A stretch of 62,996 nt of DNA, filler included, from Olpidium bornovanus S191 (taxonomy: Eukaryota; Fungi; Olpidiomycota), in NCBI GenBank assembly GCA_017911155.1. It is 30 parts of 30 records of this genome, joined end to end, with 100 filler letters (N's around TTAATTAATTAA, not from the genome) between each part and the next. Parts side by side here need not be neighbours in the genome. Positions count along the whole stretch, not along the records: positions 56,968 to 60,260 come from JAEFCI010006855.1; positions 60,361 to 61,738 come from JAEFCI010013078.1; positions 61,839 to 62,996 come from JAEFCI010007575.1; 27 more parts are not named here. One strand, 5' to 3'. Position 1 is the first letter of the stretch. Each line of letters begins with the position of its first letter. Under the pieces are notes generated by a model. The model worked only from the letters and a program-made list of their open reading frames with translations. It made no database searches and was not told where the DNA came from. Position numbers and translations under genes: made by a program. Shown here in pieces: positions 58,768 through 62,996 of the stretch.

Positions 58768-60260
58768 ATGGAAGAGGACTTCGCGTTCCTCTTCAGGAAC
58801 AATGCGCTTCCGGCGGTGTCCGATAAGGGCGTATACCGTGAACGCTCGCCGTATGGCTTGACGCAACTTGTGCCGCTGTTCCAGCGTCGGGCGGCAGCGA
58901 AGGTCTCCCCTTTGATCACACGATCGGACGCCGACCCGGGCTCAAAGCCGTCCTCGAGGCCGAGCTCCGCTTCGTGGGTGAACACGGAGGTTCCACCGAC
59001 GCCGTCATCGGCGGTGAGCGGGGACGGCAAGTCGAGCCCGACTGCGATGCTTGTTCGCCCTGCCAGTGCATTAACTCCAACCGGCACGCGGAGGAATCCG
59101 CACGCGACGGCGTACCCTACGGCGCCGTTGTCGCCATACCTTGTTGCCCAACGCCAACGGAGGAAACCCTCGTCGGTATCTCGGAGGGCTTCCTCGGCAG
59201 GGCCGCAGGGGTCGCCTGCTCAACCGTTCCAAACGGAGCCCGCCATTGTCGAGGACACACCGGGAGCTGTTCTGGGCGGCAATCGGGGGTCATCAGTGAA
59301 CAAAACAGAAGCAATTGAGTTCGCCGGCCGAAATCAACCCACCAAAGGAGAGCCGCTACACATAGTGAGCAACTTAGCCAGCCCGAGACCAAGCTCTCCA
59401 CTTCCCCAGGTCCCTGACGGTATGCTCCTGGTATAAGGCAGCGGACTGCGTGGCAGGACGGAATGCATGGTGAGAGGAAGTTCTGACCGCTATTCCTTGC
59501 CGGTCCGGCAGGACCGGGAAGGATAAAAGTATACGTCCGCGCTCGACCTTTGAGTTCAGACAACTTAGAGAACATGGAACCGCTCTCACTACGGTTCGCT
59601 GAGGACCCTAGGCAGGCAAGACAGAGCGCGAAAGTTTAGCTGTGGCCTGGTTTTGCTGGTAATAGTTGACTCCGCTCCCGAATTAGCTAATAGCCGTTGA
59701 CCAGCGACGGGAAGTGCAGTATGCGTTCGACCACGTCTTCCCGCCGGAAGCTGATAATAGACAGGTGTGCCAGCTTTTACATCAGAGTGTCAAGTTTTTC
59801 CCCAAGCCGATCACTAACGCCAACGGCTTAGGTGTTTACGAAAGTTGGAAAAGCGGTCATCACATCTTGCATGAACGGGTATAACGGCACACTGCTTGCC
59901 TACGGGCAAACCGGCTCCGGGAAGACGCACACGCTCGCGTCGGCGGACGGGCTCATACCGCGCATCATCAATCGTCTGCTCAGGAGGGTAGCAGCGGACA
60001 CGCGGCACGAGTATAAAGTGACGTTCAGCTTCATACAGATATACCAGGACAAGATCTACGATCTGCTCGTTCCCCAGGCGAAGCAGACTGTAGACCTCGT
60101 CCTCCGCGAGAACCCGCAGAAGGGCGTGTATGTCGAGAACATGTCAGAGTACGTCGTTAGAAGCCCAAAAGTATGTCGTGCGGGAGATTCTCGAATCCCT
60201 TGCGCACAGGAAGAAGCGGGGCTCCCCGCGGTTCTTATTATCCTGCGCCTCCTGCTCCAG
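58768..60260 (+). CDS. Kinesin with long low-complexity N-terminal extension, 3'-truncated
   Basis: YAFDHVF; GYNGTLLAYGQTGSGKTHTL (P-loop); SFIQIYQDKIYDLL; LRENPQKGVYVENMS. Linkage of the 58768-59418 exon to the motor exons is inferred. Confidence 0.9.
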
Positions 60261-60692
60261 NNNNNNNNNNNNNNNNNNNNNNNNNNNNNNNNNNNNNNNN
60301 NNNNTTAATTAATTAANNNNNNNNNNNNNNNNNNNNNNNNNNNNNNNNNNNNNNNNNNNNGCATGCTCTTTGCGTTTTTCAAATCCGCGAACTAAATGTT
60401 TCCGGAACAACAGGGAAAATGGGCGAAATCCACATTTGTGGGATTACAGATGTTATTTTTTGTAGCTTGTGTGGTTGATGAATTTGGGGGAAAAAACAAA
60501 CAAATTAATTCGACAATTGGCGCTACATATACGGTACCGCCTCAATTTTATACAAACAAAGTGTACAGGGCACACGATCGCTGGATGATCCCATTTACGA
60601 ATCCTCTAGGAGGAGGGACTGGGATCATCCCGGAGCGATGCGGAGCTCAGCCGCCGGTAACTCTCCGACGCGCGTTTCAAGCGGGCAGAAAG

Positions 60693-61738
60693 CTACGTCT
60701 GATGTCCGCTTTCGTCCAAGCTCGTTGCCCACGGATCTTTTCCGTCGTCCCGGTGGACGCCCCATCCGGACATTTCGTCCCAGGCGAACGCGCCAACGGC
60801 AGCCTCCGCCTTGCACAAGCGGCTGCTGTCGTCCCACAAAACGTACTTCTCAGCAGAATCCGGCGGCTCCCAGCCGGCCTCCCACTCTTCCTCGTCGTCT
60901 GCTTCGTGCGCGAGAGGAACTACCGACCGTCCCCACTCGTCGTCCTCGTCGGACGGCGGTGTCTCCTCCTCCGCTTCCATCACCTCCTCATCAGGGTCCG
61001 GTGGGATATGCGGCACGAAAGATTCCAGCTCCTCTCGCGGGTGGACGACTATCAGCACGGCGTCGAACTGCTTAGGTGTCAGGCGCTCCCCGGGCTCTGG
61101 CACGCGATAGCCACAGCTTCCCTGCTCCGGCGGGAGGACGAACGTAAACGAGTCCACTTCGTTCTCAAGGAGTTCCCGGAGTTTCTGGCGGCAGCGTGTT
61201 CGCTGACGGACTTGCAGTGAACACCACAGGCTTTCCAGCGTCGAAAGGTGAAGCTTGCGGCCCGAGGTGGCGAGCTCCAATATAAGCGGCGGGAGTTTCG
61301 CATAGTCGACCAAAGTCTCCGGCGTCAGCTCCGTGCAAGTGTACGGGACAAAGCTTTTTACGACGGATAGGGTCTCCGCCGGCGAGGCGTCCTGTGCGCT
61401 GTACCAGGGGAACTCGTACGACGCCGCCAGACGGTAGGGTTCAAATGGAAGACCCGGTCGCTCCAAAGGTTGAGGTATCAAGGTGTCCTCCAGGCGGTCG
61501 AAAACGCAAACCTGGGTGCAGTAGCCCGTCTCTGGGTCATACTCGCCTACGACCCCCACGCCGGTGAATCGGACGGCGTAACGGTACTGGTCGGCCACTC
61601 CTGTGCACCTGCGCAATTAATAAAAATTTAATGGATTATCACCTTGTTCCCAAAACAGGCGGACGGGAGTAACGTTTTAGGAATAAGCACCATTCTTCGA
61701 ACTGCGCTCGTGTCCATTCGAACCGGTGGTCGTCATGA
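60693..61738 (-). CDS. HEN1: Small-RNA 2'-O-methyltransferase HEN1, 3' part; exons 61691-61738 and 60693-61608
   Basis: HDDHRFEWTRAQFEEW|CTGVADQYRYAVRFTGVG...GYCTQVCVF, the HENMT1 signature H.FEWTR.EF..W...Y.V.FTGVG...CTQ. Confidence 0.93.
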
Positions 61739-61843
61739 NNNNNNNNNNNNNNNNNNNNNNNNNNNNNNNNNNNNNNNNNNNNTTAATTAATTAANNNNNN
61801 NNNNNNNNNNNNNNNNNNNNNNNNNNNNNNNNNNNNNNCATGA

Positions 61844-61990
61844 ACCGTAACAGTACCGTGTGGGCAAGAACGACTCAGTCCGGCCCGATGGCAGTCTCTT
61901 CCGGTGACCGTTAGGGGTCGGCTGACCGTAACAGTACCGTGTGGGCAAGAACGGTTCAGTCCGGCCTGATGGCAGTCTGTTCCGGTGAGC
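61844..61990. repeat. 81-bp-period direct repeat, two copies
   Basis: accgtaacagtaccgtgtgggcaagaacg..tcagtccggcc.gatggcagtct.ttccggtga at 61844 and 61925. Confidence 0.9.
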
Positions 61991-62021
61991 GCTGGGGTGC
62001 TAAGTTTTGTTGGGGTGTTTC

Positions 62022-62540
62022 CTATGTGGCGAACTGGGACTGTATGCCTTTGGCTCGAAGAACATTTTGGTAAAGGTCGGAGGGATACTCACCACCGTGG
62101 TCTGCACGGTGTAGACGCAGCCATTTACCTGTAATGGTTTTAAAAAGCACGAGAAAATTTTGGAACCGGGTTAACACCTCCGCGCTCTCCTTTGACGGGA
62201 TTGGAAAGGATTTGGCATAGTGACTATAATGTTTGTTGAAGCTAGCAACGTTTTGCCGAGCGGGAGCGGGCCGACCACGTCGGTTTGGACGAGCTGCATG
62301 AGGCCGTGGGGAGTGTCGCTCGGCAGATGGGGTTTGCAAGAGGGTGTTGCCAGCCGGCACGATGTCGGCGTCCAAATGGTCTCTCGAGCGAACGCGTCAA
62401 CAACGCGTGCCGTGTCGACGTCCTCTCGTTGTATAACCCTTTGCCTTCCCTCCCGTCGAGGTCGACTTGCGTAACTCCACTGCTTTCCCTCAGTTTGCAC
62501 AATTCCATTGATTTCCTTTGACTTGCGTAGCTCCATCGAT
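62022..62540 (-). mobile_element. Ty1/copia GAG-pre-integrase and integrase remnant, frameshifted
   Basis: LMQLVQTDVVGPLP; K.KESAEVLTRFQNF; RADHGGEY; KGIQSQFA. Confidence 0.85.
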
Positions 62541-62996
62541 TTTTCCGCTTGATCCCTTTTGTTTTGATTTTCCTCTCCCCTTTTTTTTCTTTTTCTTTTT
62601 TTTCTTGGCGCCTACGTAAAAATCCCCCGTCCAAAAAAAAACCCCCCGTTATCGAAATAAAAGGGAAACGGGGTCGAAGTCGAGATCACCGTCAGGCTGT
62701 CGGCGCGTCGAAGTCGAAGAGAGCTAAGTTTCGAGCTCCCACTGTGCCATCGGGCCAGGAGCGGGAGCGCCCGTCTGCACGACGACTCCACGATCGTTTT
62801 TTTCGCGTTTCTGTGGGAGCGTCCTGCCTCTTTTCGGTCTCGTTCGCCCTCTTCTTGTGAACCCCTCCCTGGAACGCGAGCCCCCGGCGGGCACGGGTCC
62901 GCTACCTGCCATCCTATCCTTTGTCTCATCGAATGCTGCGTAAACCCGCCCCCCTCGACATCGAGAGAGTCCCAAGGCGCCCGACCCCGACAACGG

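Noticed and set aside
55753-61738. An apparent RNA-repair/defence cluster (2H phosphoesterase plus HEN1, with the Cas4-like nuclease elsewhere), reminiscent of bacterial Pnkp-Hen1 systems
   Set aside because: The genes lie on different contigs separated by artificial linkers, so there is no physical linkage. Co-occurrence in one genome is all that can be said.
1-62996. tRNA, rRNA, snRNA or telomeric repeats
   Set aside because: None were recognised by eye. tRNAscan-SE and Infernal would be needed to exclude them.

Overview
This window is not one locus. It is a concatenation of 30 short contigs (about 1-4 kb each) joined by 29 identical artificial 100-bp linkers (44 N + TTAATTAATTAA + 44 N), so adjacency across a linker carries no biological meaning. 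The DNA is GC-rich and eukaryotic, with GT-AG introns and GCTAAC/GCTGAC branch points. It carries fungal-type genes (ARG7, HAP2, NTO1, SOK1/TCP11, GPH1, ICL1, KGD2, SPT5, PRE8, uL3m, 6PF2K) plus the axonemal gene CFAP45, pointing to a flagellated (zoosporic) early-diverging fungus. Something like Olpidium would fit, but I cannot verify the species. Most genes are truncated at contig ends, and degenerate Ty1/copia and Ty3/gypsy remnants are frequent. The most interesting observations are: (1) an intronless proteobacterial-type deoC head-to-head with CFAP45; (2) an intronless Cas4/RecB-like [4Fe-4S] PD-(D/E)xK nuclease; (3) a Tom20 fused in frame to a SET/MYND-type domain; (4) a HEN1 with a Trp-rich acidic tail containing GW/WG motifs; (5) a stand-alone 2H-phosphoesterase-like ORF; (6) an LTR family with a half-tRNA-iMet primer site followed by a possibly gypsy-like gag; (7) recurrent RFX X-box-like motifs; (8) a small secreted Cys-rich protein. 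All protein assignments are by-eye motif recognition; no database searches were run.
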